DNA of 63,395 bases, filler included, from Choristocarpus tenellus KU-1152 (GCA_964200185.2; 10 parts of 10 records of this genome joined end to end with filler, not necessarily neighbours in it), one strand, 5' to 3'; shown: positions 1 through 13,435, counted from the first letter of the whole stretch. The notes: generated by a model from the sequence alone, not told the origin. Numbers and translations are program-made.

Positions 1-319
1 TCTATAAACAATATAATTTTTTTTTTTTTTTTCTTTTTGGGGTTTTTTTTTTTTTTTACCCCCTCCCCCCCCCCCCCCCCCCCCCCTCCAATGACTCCAA
101 CTGTTATGAATTTTTTTTAACTTGTGGTAGTGTCAAATTTCTACCTTTTTTTAATTAAGAGATTTCCAAGAAAGGTACTCTCATCGGTATCACTAGCACT
201 CTAGGATTTTTTTTAAGTCAGGCGTTAATATCGATATTTTATTTATTATAAAAATATATATAATATAAATTAAATTTCAAAAGCGAGACGTAGATCGCGC
301 TTACATAAACACACCCTTT

Positions 320-342
320 TTAGGGTTAGGGTTAGGGTTAGG
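320..342 (+). repeat. Interstitial telomere-like (TTAGGG)n tract
   Basis: ttagggttagggttagggttagg. Similar tracts at 445-460 (CCCTAA strand), 2615-2627, 2649-2665, 3670-3695 and 30735-30749. Confidence 0.9.
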
Positions 343-520
343 ATAAATTGATGCTTGAGCTGATGCATACACTGCAGCAGTACTGTAATGGTACTACTGT
401 ACCAGAGGTAGGGTAGGGGCTGCTTGCTATCACACAAGCAGGCCTAACCCTGACCCTAACGCTGATATATATATTTTTTTGAAAATGTTTCCCATGAAAT
501 TACTTTGTGGTTTGGTGCAG

Positions 521-1295
521 GGAAAGGCTGGACACCTTCTTGGACGAGGTCGAAGACTGGCTCTATTCAGATGAGGCAGAGGCTGCAGGTCTGGAGGAGA
601 TGAACGACAAACTTACCCAGGTATGGAAAAATAGAACATATATATATACACATACATATTTGTGTGTATATATTTATGTGTGTTTGGAAACAAGTTGTAG
701 TTTTTGTTCTTACAGCAATAAGTGAATTATGATATCACTATTTTTATTTTGAGTGCGCCAATCAGGCAAAAGAAAAAAATGAGACAATATAAAATATATA
801 TTGTCTTTTTTTTAATGAAAATGTTAAAAGGTTCCTTTTGGGGGGGGGAGGGGGGGGGGGGCATGTGTAGAGACACATTTTATTTATTTTTTATGTTACC
901 TGTTTTTGAATTGTTTAAATTATTTAAACTGAGATGGACACGGGACAACTAATAGAACATAATTTTTTCCAGGTTCTGATGCCCCACTCCTTAGATGTAT
1001 ACTGTGTAGATAGATGTGTGTGAACAAGATTACTATGTAGATGTATGCATGTTGATATATGTGTGTACTTAAGTCTGTGCTATGTTCTCAGGCTCTCTAT
1101 GAAAGGGAGGTCATATTTTACTTTTTAATTGAGATTGAGTCAGTACTACTGTCTTGTTGCTATAGGTATGTTTGTTCAAAATAACTATTTGGTTGAAAAA
1201 TCAAGTGTGAAATCATTACCAGAAGGGGGGGGGGGAAGGAGTTCCTATTCATAGCATGTTTTTTTTAGTGGGTTGATTCAACACAAGTATATTCC

Positions 1296-1341
<46 letters not shown>

Positions 1342-3429
1342 CGGTGTGAGAATGAGTATGGAGAACTCATCCACACCCAAAAAGGCACAAAATTTCTCTG
1401 AAAATTCTGGCAAACGAATAGTCTCTGATCCAGCGTTTTGATGAAGAGAATTGGTTTGTCATTGAACCTTCGTGGACTGGTCTGTTGGGATATCTGTCAG
1501 GTGATGAGCAGCTTGAGGGAGGATGTGGCAAAGAGTTACTTGGAGGCTGTGGATAGTGACAAACGCCAGGTGGGTGGAGCTCCTTACAAAATTCTGCGAT
1601 ATTATTTTTGTTTGTTATTTTCCTCTTGAGCGACAGCGTTCTAGAGCCGTTTGAAATTATATTATTCTTATTATTGTTTTCAATGTTTTTGTAGTACTTG
1701 GAAGCTTTTTTAAAATTAAATTTGAGTGTTAGTGACAAGTAGCCATGAGGTGTGTGATGCTTGGAGGAAGGTATACCTTTGAGATAGATAGTTTTGAGGT
1801 ACATCCTAAAATGACCCGTGTCCCTCTCCCAATCCTGGTGTGTACGTGTACTAGTATTGCTTGTTATTGTTGTCATTGTTGGAATGAATTTGAATTTGAA
1901 TTTAAATTATTTCTGTTTTTTTATGTACATCCTGTTTAAATTTGAACGTAAGAATCTTTTTTCGAATTTCGGATTTCGGTTTTCAAATTAGTGTCCTCTT
2001 TGATTATCCCAGCTTGTGATGTGACTCCCTTACATTCTTTAACAGTCTGCATTACTTCAACATCTAGAGATACAATGGTGAACAACTCCCTCCCATTACT
2101 TGACTGCTGCTCTCTCACCCCATACCCTCCTCCCCTAATGTTGGCACATGACACTTGACACTTGACACTCAATACATGCAATTCATTGTTATATAAATAT
2201 ATATATTTATATTGTACAGATGGAGGAGCAGATGGAGGCAGAAGCAAAGAAGGCAGAGGAGGAGAGGAAGAACAGTCCCCAGGGAGAGGATGACCACGAC
2301 TTCCGTAAGCTGCCCAAGCCAGAACGCATGCGCATGGTGATGAAGAACAAGGAGGTAGGCTATGTAAGGGGCAACTGGCATCATAGGGGATGTTAGGTAC
2401 TTCAATTGCACAGTTTTAGATGTGCATGTGTATTTGTGTATATAGGTATGTGTAAATGTGTGTATATGTGTGTGTACGATAAGAATGCCGCTAATCTCAA
2501 TCAGTGTTCTATATATAGTTAATGATGTGCTATGGTTGGAATATGTCATTATTTAACCATGTTGAGGCTTGCACTCAGTTGAATTTCACTGCTTAACGGA
2601 GTCCCCGTTGATGGTAACCCTAACCCCTAGCAAAACCGAAGGAGGGGAGGTTAGGGTTAGGGTTATTTTACACAGTTACACAGAGATTGGTTGTATTGTA
2701 TTGATTGATGACTACTCACACTGAAAACAAAAATAATTAATAAATGGAAATGAAATGGTGTACACAGTGTCATTCATTTTTGTCTTATTATTTTAAAGGG
2801 GTTTTTGTAAGGGTTAGGGAGGAGTGTCATGCATGCAGTACTTGGGAGTCATTGGTATTAGTATTATTATGGTATTAGTATTTTATTTTTTTCATGTAAC
2901 TAACATTTTTTTGTTTTTGATGTTTGGGAGATTTTATTTTTATTGAAGAGGTATTTTTAAGATGCAGAGTCCGCGAGGTTTGAATTATTGAATTTCTCAA
3001 AAATGATAATTTTAAACGAGGTTTAAATTTTTGTTCCAAAAAATGATGGCAATTACCAATTCCGATGCTTATAGGTGTGTATTATTTAAATATAAAAATA
3101 TTGTTCCGAAAACATCAGGCTTTTCTATCTCTTCTGAGATCAATAAATATTCTATGGAAAGATCAGGGAAAAGGATTAAAATTTTGTAAAAAGTGGCTAT
3201 GGCCTTAACCGTCATTACCTGTAACCCCCCTCCCCCCCTATGTGTGTGTGTGTGTGTTGTCTGATCCTGACAGGAAGGGAATGAGCTATTTGCAGGAAAG
3301 AACTATCGAATGGCAGGTGCGCGTTATTCAAAGGCACTGACTCACGCTGCTAAGTTCTTTGACCTGAGTGAAGAGGATGCAAAGGAGGTGAAGGTGGTTC
3401 AGCTGTCCCTTTACCTCAACTTGGCACAG
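521..3429 (+). CDS. Hsp70/Hsp110-type chaperone C-terminal region fused to a TPR domain (internal part; 4 exons)
   Basis: Exons 521-620, 1501-1569, 2220-2354 and 3274-3429 are bounded by AG/GT and phase-compatible. Translation: ERLDTFLDEVEDWLYSDEAEAAGLEEMNDKLTQ / VMSSLREDVAKSYLEAVDSDKRQ / MEEQMEAEAKKAEEERK...DDHDFRKLPKPERMRMVMKNKE / EGNELFAGKNYRMAGARYSKALTHAAKFFDLSEEDAKEVKVVQLSLYLNLAQ. EDWLY is the Hsp110/Grp170 helical motif; K..GN.LF....Y..A...Y.KAL and LNLA are FKBP/Cyp40-type TPR motifs. Both gene ends lie outside this segment. Confidence 0.8.
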
Positions 3430-3834
3430 GTAAGGGATTTTTGGTCAATGTACTGTCACTTGTGAGTCACAATCCATCCATCCATCTATCCATGCTCTTT
3501 GTCTTCTTTTTTTTCTTTTCTTTTTTTTTTTTTGGGGGGGGGGGAGTTGTTGCGTTGAGAACGGCTGTGCGTTTGATAGTTTTTGATCTAATTCAATGGT
3601 CATTTGTTTGATGGAAATCGACACACGTACACACGTACACGAGTAGGATCAACAATCTTACTGCTGATGGGGTTAGGGTTAGGGTTAGGGTTAGGTTCAA
3701 AGTAAACACACAAAGTGGAAGAAAAAAATGTTGATCTTACCAAAGTTTGCTCAATTCTGATCTCCCAATAAACCCTCTCCACCCCCCCCTGCCCGCCCCC
3801 ACCTCCACCCACTTGTGCTTGTGCTTGTGATGGG

Positions 3835-3934
3835 NNNNNNNNNNNNNNNNNNNNNNNNNNNNNNNNNNNNNNNNNNNNTTAATTAATTAANNNNNNNNNN
3901 NNNNNNNNNNNNNNNNNNNNNNNNNNNNNNNNNN
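3835..3934. other. Artificial contig spacer N44-TTAATTAATTAA-N44 (first of nine)
   Basis: Identical 100-nt blocks at 3835, 10548, 13735, 26599, 34156, 39263, 43699, 52327 and 57931. TTAATTAATTAA gives stops in all six frames. Confidence 0.98.
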
Positions 3935-4499
3935 AGAACCCCCCCCCCCCTCCCAGATACTTTGGGTCGGACTCTCGGGAGAAGATAAAAGGTGTCATTT
4001 AACACTTGAGTGGAGGTGGTTTCCTTTTGGTATCTTTGTCCCTTTTTCAGCTTGAAACTTGGCATATGATTCCATTTATCTATGCGCAGTCAAGGCCTCC
4101 ATGCTGAGACATGCATTTTCTGTTTCAATCTTACATTTGCAGAGTGTTCAGAACGAGCTACTATTTATCAATAGTGTTTAGTTTTAATCTTACTAAACTG
4201 GTAGGATATATGTTGGATGTGAAAGTTTTGGTTGCCTTTTAACGAGATGTGGATAGCTCTATTAAGAGCTCATGTAATGTGGGGCTCATGGTCGCGCTTG
4301 AAAAATAGGGATTGGTTCACCTCAAGGATTATTCACCCAGTAAAATGGGACACTCTCTCAGAGTCAGTTACTAATGGTGCTGAGTCAGATTGCATCACTG
4401 CTTCTCCTGCACTCAAGTTTACTGTATGTGTGATAAAATACATAATCGTTCTGTCCTAATAGTCTATACAAAATCGATCATGGATCTGTCACTCAGTGT

Positions 4500-7400
4500 T
4501 GTATGCTTGTACCATCACTCACAAGAGCATAGTTTCCTGTGACACCCTCCTCCCCTTTGCCATAAAGCAACAAACTGATCAGCACTACAGGCAAAAGCTA
4601 CACAAATCTAATCATTGACGTCCCTCAATAAATGGTAGCAGACATCATTGTGCTTGGTCAGAGTTGAGCTGGTTATGTTGCGTACCAAATTGCATGCTCC
4701 ATCCCTATCCTCAAACATCTCAAAATGGAACGCCTTGGGATCTCGTGGCTGAATAAAACTCCAAAATACTTAGCAAGAACATCAACTCCTGTGCCACCCT
4801 ACTAAGGGCAACATACTCGCTCACAGTAGAAAAAAGTGATAAAACACCTTGAACTTTCGACTTCAAAGCTATTGCCTCTCCAGTGCAAAAAATGTATGGA
4901 TCCTCCAGTCACGTATCTACAATCATCATAAGATAGTCTCCAGTATGGTTACATCAGCAAACACACTCATTATACACTCATTACCAATACCAGCAAAAAG
5001 CCAACCCCCAACACTTGGACAGGAATTCAAAGAAAGTCAAACACAAAACTGACTGCACACCAAGACAGATCCTTGGGCCTGTTGGAATACTTTGGATACT
5101 TCACAAACTGCACTGGCAGTATCTAGCCTATCGTAGTCATCACTGTTGCTCACATCAAACAATAAACAGCTTCTTTGTACGACAAATGGGTAATCCTCTC
5201 TCCTGTCCAGTGTTATGGAGGGATCTACACGCTGCCTTAAACGTCTGGGGTTGAGGAGAAAGCTCGACAGCGAAGATATTAATGGATTTATTACTTGCAC
5301 ATAAAACACAGGTAGATTTAATGGTCAGAGACGAACACTTAGGAGTGATATTAAGTCAACCATATATGTTGATGTTGCCCCCCTATGAGAAGTTGTAGCA
5401 TGACCACCAGACCTGGTACAGTGCTCCAGAATGTTGGTCTCCAACTGCAGAAGATCTCTTCTGCTTCCTCACTCATTTTTCCTTCGCATTATCGTCCTCA
5501 TATCACTTCGTGCATCTCCGTTGATCCAGGAGTTAACATCCTCATCACCTCCCAACCTCTGGACCAGAAGTGAAGGTGTTGTGGGGTATACCAGCCCTTC
5601 GCTGCATGCAGGGGAAGAAGAACTTGGATAGGCTCAGGGGCTTCTTAGCTGTCGCATGCGAATGTACAGCTGCTTCCTGCATCACCTGGTATATGGTCTC
5701 ACACATAGTGCTTGGGAATCCTTCGCTGCTTATCTGATGACATCCTAATTATCATACACATTGGCACCAACCTTCCATATGTCCTGCTCTATTGCCGTGC
5801 ACCATGATACAAACTCAAAAATGTGACTAGTGATATGGTGGAAATTATTGGTGCGCAGGAAAGAGGATCGGCGTTAGAACCTTGCATACAATTTGATGGT
5901 CTCAGGCGAAAGGTATCAGCTGTATACATTGATTATCCCATGCAAATCTGATAAGTCACACCTCCTTGTATACAGTTATGGCTATTAGGGTGTTCTGAAT
6001 GGCAAATGTTGAGGCAGGGTGATATACGTAAGGTTGTGTGTAATGTTGGGTACTAGTGCAACTAATTTAGGCGTAAACTTCCATGTGTTAGAGGGGAGAA
6101 ATCATACATGTAAACTACTTGATGAATCTTGCAAAGTGGTCCCGAATCAATACGCAATTTTTCGTATCCAAGCACACTCCACTTGTACAGCCTTGGCCAC
6201 CATGCCCAATGGGAACTTGAGCCGATATTTTGGTTGAGCAGGTTTCCTCCAGCTGCATCTCGGATAAGCCAGCTCCAACTTGTACATTCCCCGTTATAAA
6301 CGGTATCGCCACACTTTGACGACACATCGATATACGATGACTTCCTTCTCCGCAGTGGAAGCATTCCCTCTCGAATGTGCAGCTACTATTGTTGTGCGCT
6401 TTTGATCCGCACTTACCACATGCAGCACCCTTCTGTTAGGTGTTGTGGCCACCCTTGTGGCAATATCGATCATCGCATTCCTGCTTCAAGGCCAGAGCAA
6501 GGGGCTCTCTCTGACCTTGAAACAGGAATACGATATTTGACATCGCCACATGGGTGGCCATAACACCTATCAGAAGCGTGCTGCATGTGGTAAGTGTGAT
6601 CAAAATCGTACAGCAATAATATTTGCACATTCGAGGGGAAATGGTTTCTCTACAGCAAAAGAGGTCATCAAATATAGATGTATCGCCATTGAGAGTCTTG
6701 ATACAGTCTAAAACGAGTGGTGGTACAACCTGAAGGTGGAGGCCACCACCAGCTTTTTGTTTAAGTTAGGATGCTACTATTCTACCAGAGCAGACAGCAG
6801 TCCTGCATCTTTCGACTATCTGACCCTGTGGAACTACTATTTTTTGGACCTGGTTGTCTTTACATTTGACAGAATGAGAAGGTGGGGAGGCACACGTCTA
6901 ACAGATTAGAGTATTGGAAACAGAATATTTGCATTTTTCAACCAAGAACGAATTCTGTGTCCTGAAAAAATATATTTTTCGTCGCCAATCAAAACACAAC
7001 TAATATCTACTACTCAGAAATAAACCGAGATATATAACAGAATGAGGATTCGACCAATGTTTTAAATCGATTGATGGTGGTTGATGTTGAAACTTAAAAA
7101 AACCCCATCGAACTTATCAGAAAGTACCTTTAGTCGAAATGATCGTTTGAAGGTTAGGGTGTTGAAAACTGTCCCAGATGGGTTTGGGTTGGATATGGTA
7201 TCATTAACTGCTGACGACTCCTCGAGAAGTTATACAAACAATCAGCAATTTATTACCAAAATGTTCGCCTTCAGCACAATATACATAGTCCACTTTGGAG
7301 GGCGGCACTTTCTCGAATAGGGTGAAGTTGATCATCGCCGAAATCATTTTTATGAGTCCAGTATGACTCTCTGTGGAATACGCAGTATGGTGTAGGGTGT

Positions 7401-8200
7401 AACCGTGACGGGGCAGCGAAGATGGGGTAAGCACATTGAGTATAGAGGAATCAAATGGTGACCTTCATCCTAACATCCCACTCTCTTTACCATTTCGATG
7501 TTAGCATCTCGTCTGATAGGTAGAACTTTCGAAAAGGGAGGGGGCATGTATGTATATAAATATAAATGTCTAGAACTTGTCGGTCTTGGTTTGTAGGGAG
7601 ATCGCCTTAGCTATTGTGGTATGACATGCAGTTGGTCTTCTCTTGGCCTCGCGAGTTGGCGTATGGCAAGGCTTAGATGACTGTACCCACTGACTTTGTG
7701 TCTTTTCTGCTTGTGGTGGTATTTCAGATGTTGGGTGAAACGAGAGGAATGAAGGCGATTGTTGAGATGAGGCCTGACGAAGGACGAGAGCATTTTGTGA
7801 TGGTGAGTCTGGTGGATATTGGAATATTTAGTAAACCTGCTTGGTAGGACAGGGGTTAACTAAAAATGTTCAAGCAGTGGATTGGAACGAGGTAAATCGG
7901 GAGTGGGAATAGATGGTAAAGGCGGTGAGGATAGTGGACGAGGTGGCGGAGGAGAAGAGGATACGAAGGCTGAAAGTGAGCTGGATTGGTGCTGTATGAA
8001 TTTTTCATCTGCCGCTGAGATCGTGTATATGATATTGTGGACCTGAAGCGAGACGCGGTGCGTGGACAGGGTGAGGGAAAAAGAGGATGGGTTGACGAGT
8101 TCAAAGTCCTCCACAGTGGTGACGGAATTAGGTGGGAGTGTCGATGCATGGCATTGTTCATGTCCGTGGTTAGCCCGTTGTGTGCTCGACTTTGCTGGCA
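4500..8200 (-). mobile_element. Degenerate Ty1/copia LTR-retrotransposon gag-pol remnant
   Basis: Minus strand 4610-4720 reads EDRDGACNLVRNITSSTLTKHNDVCYHLLRDV (copia RNase H EDNQGAI...TKHIDVRYHFLRE). About 4770-4885 reads GEAIALKSKVQ...SEYVALSRVAQELMFLLSIL (ISWKSKKQ...AEYVALS). About 4950 reads SVFAD and about 5100 DTASAVCEVSKV (RPDIAFAV.ELAR). Many stops and frameshifts; the 5' (gag/protease) limit is approximate. Confidence 0.75.
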
Positions 8201-10057
8201 GAAGGCATCTTCAACTTGAATTACTCCTGGTAAGGTGGAGTAGAACTACTTACCTCCTGCATGTATCTTCCCTTGCTACTTCGGGGAGGGGGGGGAACTA
8301 CAATTGTGTTAGGGGCTCAGAGTTGTGCCCCTGCTTTCAGGTTCTGCGAAATGTTTGTTTGACTTTATGTGCAACAGATATCTTCTATCACTACTCCGAG
8401 GGGCGGAAGGCAAATACGATTATACCTGCATTTTTGTGTCCGTGCTTCTTGGTGGGTGTTTGAATACTGTGTAGCAGACATCTTCAATTTCTACTGGGAG
8501 GGGGAGCAGGTGGGTGGGTGGGGGGGGGATATGATCGTATTTGTGTAACGTATCTGTGCCTGTGCCTCATAGCGCGTGTTTGACTTCTGTATGTGGGAGA
8601 AATCTTCAAATCCTAGTAGGAGGGGGAGGTGGAGGGGGAGGGGGGGGAGGGGGGGGGAGTTATTACTTTGTTGGTGGCTCACTATTGTGTCCACCAGCCC
8701 TCAAGTAGCATGAAGAATGTATTTCATGGCTTGTATGAGATGCGCTGCAAACAGCTTGTATCTCCATTAGATGGCAGGCAGGGGGTTGCATGCACTGTTG
8801 ATTTGGTGTGGTCCTTGTCCTCACACACCCTTTGTTTGTGCATTATATATGTAGGATATGCAGCCTCTGTGCACACATTTTTTGGTTTCACTTGTCAGCA
8901 TGGCCAGATGGAGAGTTCGATGTATACAGGTATTAATTGAGGTTGAGAATCTGTTTCTAGAGTATGTGGTCCCAACCCTTCTTGTGAAGACATTACTATT
9001 ATCTTGACATTATCCTGGTAGATATATGAATATATGAAACCTTTGCTCGAAATGGGGCAAACACAAGAAGCAATTCAAACAATTAAAAACAGGAAGAAAA
9101 AAAGGAGAAAATATAACAATTAAATGCGAAAACATGAAAAGAGGAATTGGGTTCGATACACTCCTCAATAGTACAATATAGAGTTAAGGGAACAATCAAT
9201 ATCCTACAGAAAATATTCGCTCAGGCATCATATTCATCAAACCAAGGGCTTCCCACCACATACCACCACCAACAAATAGAAACACACGAACAACCAACCA
9301 CAAACTAATCTCGGCATGGAGTACTGAACAGGTGTGTGACATCATACATATCTGCTTGAGTCACCCCTGATTTCCATTTACAAGTTCACAAACATGTACT
9401 TAGTATATCTCAGGATGTCTCTCATTCCCAACCAACATGATCCTCAGTTTCCACAGTCACCTCTCAGCACTGTCATGTCCAGTCTTCTTGATGACATCCT
9501 TATATGGCACCTGCACTGTGTGATACTAGCCAACTGAGCACAGCTACCATGCACCTGCTTGATAATCCTTGCCAATTCATCCAAAGCAATCCCTCTTTTT
9601 CATGCCACCACATCACCTGCACCTAACCTTACGTGTCGCAATTGAACAATGTAGGACACTCGATGTGAGCAATTGTACAATATTTGTTCCTTCCTTCCTT
9701 CCAAATACACCACATTTTGCCCACTCATAGCATGCTAGGCGCATAGTTAATCATGTCGAAACATTATCGTTGATAGAGGGTGACAACTTACCCTCTCGGA
9801 CCTGTCCTTGAAGGCCTCGAGGAAGGTGACGAGTAATTAGGAACTGGTGCACACTGCAAATGTCTCTTACCACATCATTGTTTTCCAATCTGTATGGTGG
9901 GCTGTTGACAAACCAGTCAGGTGAAGAGCTATTTAAAGTCTAAAAAAATTGTTTGGCAAAGCTGGCTAGTTTAGAGTCCACGTGCAAGTGTCACAGGATG
10001 CTGAAATACAAAGGAATACCAATTTCACTGGTGATGTGATGGTTAAGGTTCCGATCT

Positions 10058-10237
10058 GATCCAAAGTATTTTTTGGGGGGGAGGGGTCTACACCAGGGTA
10101 TCCATTTGGATCCTGACTAGGAAAAGTGCATTTACGTTATCCATCCGACATATGCAACCAAGTCACCCGAAAATCGCGACATGAAAAAATTGACCCCAAA
10201 TGGACAGTTGCCATCCCCTCCCCAGATACTTCGAGCC
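10058..10237 (+). mobile_element. MITE family A (about 180 bp), complete copy, TSD ATCT
   Basis: Termini gatccaaagtat... and ...cagatacttcgagcc (imperfect TIR); ATCT at 10054-10057 and 10238-10241; same internal sequence as 37173, 30953 and 58726. Confidence 0.85.
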
Positions 10238-10856
10238 ATCTTGCTTATTATTATTCATGCAAACATCATCACGGTAATATATTGTATGCTATATTTGCAT
10301 TACCATCAACATTCTTGACGTATCATGCGCTGAGCAGAGTAGAAAGCATGGCTATGTCAGCTCACGTAGGGATCACGTCATTTGTCATCAAAACTGCATG
10401 TCTCTTCAAGTTCACAAGGAAGGGAAAAGGTTCAATCATCAGCCACAATTGTCCAGTATACCGTCCTTCAACTGCAACTTGATCAAGCAGCGCAAGGCAA
10501 AGAATTGCTACCCATTATGTAGAGGTGATAGTGCTTCCACTTTCTATNNNNNNNNNNNNNNNNNNNNNNNNNNNNNNNNNNNNNNNNNNNNTTAATTAAT
10601 TAANNNNNNNNNNNNNNNNNNNNNNNNNNNNNNNNNNNNNNNNNNNNCCCCCCCCACCTCCTTTGGTGGAACCAGTCTCCGATTTTTCGTTGAAATAAGC
10701 TACCTACTCATTTCGAACCTTGCTTGCAGCTCTGATCCCTCCATTAGTGGGGACAGTCTTGTATAACTTTGCAGCTAGACCTCTCTACAAGTCGACTGAT
10801 CCCTCTCTTCGCCTCTGTACCCCCTGGCCCTCGTTTTTTTTGTGTCTGCACTCCAG

Positions 10857-11105
10857 CTGTTGGGGGCGTTTCACAGCTCAGAGTCGCCATCAGACCTTAG
10901 CATAGCAGGTAAGCTTGATCCGTTGGATGAGTACTGGGTGTCCGAGTTATGCTCAAAGATGGTCAAAGCTGTGCGGGATCCTGAGAGAGTTCTCCGAGAG
11001 GACGGACTGCGAACAGGTAGCTTGGCAGCAGACCCAAATCCGAGCTGGGAGGAGGATGCCGGGAGAGTCATGAGCCTTCTAGGGAAGAGTGTTGATGGGC
11101 CATAG
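10857..11105 (+). CDS. Probable terminal exon of an unidentified gene
   Basis: Pyrimidine tract plus ctccag acceptor (10855-10856), then LLGAFHSSESPSDLSIAGKLDPLDEYWVSELCSKMVKAVRDPERVLREDGLRTGSLAADPNPSWEEDAGRVMSLLGKSVDGP* with protein-like composition. No family recognised. Confidence 0.5.
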   Translation: MLGAFHSSESPSDLSIAGKLDPLDEYWVSELCSKMVKAVRDPERVLREDGLRTGSLAADPNPSWEEDAGRVMSLLGKSVDGP

Positions 11106-13435
11106 TGTTGTGGTGTTGATTGTTTTCACCACTTTATTTGCTACAGAAGTACACAGTAGCAAATTAGGGAGAGTTGCAGTACCCAAGCATCGGGAGATGT
11201 TTGTGTTTGGAAACACAAACTCTTGATGATATGATGGCCTTTCATCCTGCCTTGCCTTGGAAACCGAATGTGAACACGTGATGAGGAGGTTGGGGCGAGG
11301 GGCATAGTCTGTAGTGGCATAGTTGGGAGGACCGAGACAATGTTGCGTGTCTTTTTTCTTTTTGTTATTGAATATTACCTTTGCTGGTGTAGAAGTGAAT
11401 GGGTGTTGCATGCACACCAACTTGGTATGGTATAACTTGTAGCTTCAGTTGAGTTCAATTGCTTCTGCTTGTGTGTATGTGTTTGTTTTGAATGTCCGGT
11501 TCCCACAGTGTTGGACACAGGAGGAGGGTGTGATCATGATGTGATAAGAAAAAAATATAATCGCAGCTGCATGATGGAGTTGGATCTTCCTTCCTAAGGG
11601 GAAAGGAGGTTATAATACTGAGAGATGTACGTATATATTCAGTGGTAGACGATGACTGTGCGGATTTCGGTTTCCATGCCCTAGAGCAGAACGTGAGGGA
11701 GGGGTCCGAGGGTGACCACACTGCTCTAAGTCGTGTTCAATCACCCTCCTACGGATATATAGATGATGACAATATGCATAGATGGTGAGTTTAGGTACAT
11801 TGCTGGTTATATTTTGTCCGAGAGAAAAACAAGCAAATTGCAGGGGGTACAATCACCACAAGGAAGCCGATAGGGCCAAGTAATGCTTTGGGCGCCTGAG
11901 TGGTACGAAATTTGCTTGTGGTTGCCTATGCAAAAACAGGTTGTGAGCCAGCATTGCTAGTCACCAGTCAGTATAATGGGGTTGATGAGAGTGGTTAAAC
12001 TAGTGATAGTCCAGAATTTGGGGAAATGTGTGTATGGATTGAGCAATGAAAATTGATGTGGGCAGTTAACCACCTTGTGGATAAAGCATTTTGCCTTTCT
12101 CGCTTGCCATTCATTTCTAACCGCACTGTCATGCATATATGACATGGAAAACTATCAATCAATTGTGAGTGTCCTGTGTAGCGATCCTCTCATGATAGTG
12201 AATTAAACTAGGTGGTGTGTGCTTCTTTTGACCACTTTAAAAAGTACAATAATAAAAACCGATGACTGGCTTTCATCACAAGGTAAGCAGGCCTCAACAC
12301 TGAGGTAGACACACTCCCCAACCTTCTACCCTGGTTTGGGCTGCAGTTCTTTATTGGAGACTGTGGTATATAAGTTGTGAAAATAGAAAGGTTTTTGCTA
12401 TCCTCCAAATGGCACTAATTCTGTCCACGTACTCTGGTCTGGAGGCCTTTAGTTAGTTCTGAATGCACATTTTTGCTTTTATCGAGGCAAACAAAAAGAC
12501 ACTGGAGTCCTTGATATTACAATAAAAAAATGTGCCCTCTTGAATGCAAGGAGAGCTCCGCACAAAATTTCTATTTCTAAACTTCATTCAGGCATAGCAC
12601 CGTGTGCAGTTTTGCCTATGAGGTGTATAGCAAAGGAAATTCTATCAAGAAATACAACTGTTAAATTTTATATTGGTGAATAATAATTAAATACTACATG
12701 GAACAGCCGATCACCAAAATTGAGTATGGAGCATACTGTGGAGGATGGGTTTGACCCAAAATGGTGCGCAGAAAGTGCCCATACGTCTTTTTTTTGTAAA
12801 TGTTGCAGCACTTTTGAATGGCCCCGTTAGGAATGGTAATCCATCCGGAAGGTGGTAGTAGGACAGTGTGTGGGGGGCGGCAATGATTTCGCTTGATCAT
12901 TGTGTACATGTATGCCCTGCGTTGGCTTGCTTGCTTGCTTGAATAATTAGTGCGGTCGGTGGAGTCGTTTGACTGTCGATGGTGGAGGTGGTAGAAAATA
13001 ATAGTACTTCGAAGTAGTTTTTTTCGGGGCGGCGTTTCATTGTCATTATGGATGGCTGACTGACAAGAAGAGAGGAAGTGTTATTTCCCATATTATTAAT
13101 TTGTTTATTAATTATTGCTATCGTCGCCAAGTAGAAGAAGAAGCTACCACTGAGCGCATCAAGTATTGACATATATGATGATCGACCTTCTTTGTACGAA
13201 TATCTCAGTCTTGCCCGATATATCTTTTGTTGCGATCTGCCCTCCCCCCCCAACCTGTCATATACGCCGATCTGCATTTATCTATTTTCTCGGGCAAGTT
13301 GTTGGACTTGTAACACATCGCAAGAAGGCCACCGTATCTACAGCTAAAATGTAGAAAAAAAAAATCTTCCAGCACATAAAAAAAAGAAAACATCAGCTTT
13401 TTCAATTTGCTGCTCATTCTTTGTACCCCTCCTCC

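Noticed and set aside
1367-1876. 169-aa minus-strand ORF and most other short track ORFs, including the recurring GAKIQ..DFDVIL and RHEKIDPKW peptides
   Set aside because: They are antisense to real exons, intronic low-complexity sequence, or chance translations of the MITEs.
3879-3890. Palindromic TTAATTAATTAA recurring nine times
   Set aside because: Always centred in identical N-padded 100-nt blocks; a concatenation linker, not biology.
4540-4560. Possible PPT plus TG start of a copia 3' LTR (ggggaggaggg tgtcac, minus)
   Set aside because: It overlaps the expected end of the RNase H coding region, and I could not find a matching second LTR.
9140-9170. GGTTCGA T-loop-like motif within a short hairpin
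   Set aside because: No D arm, anticodon arm or acceptor stem; not a tRNA.
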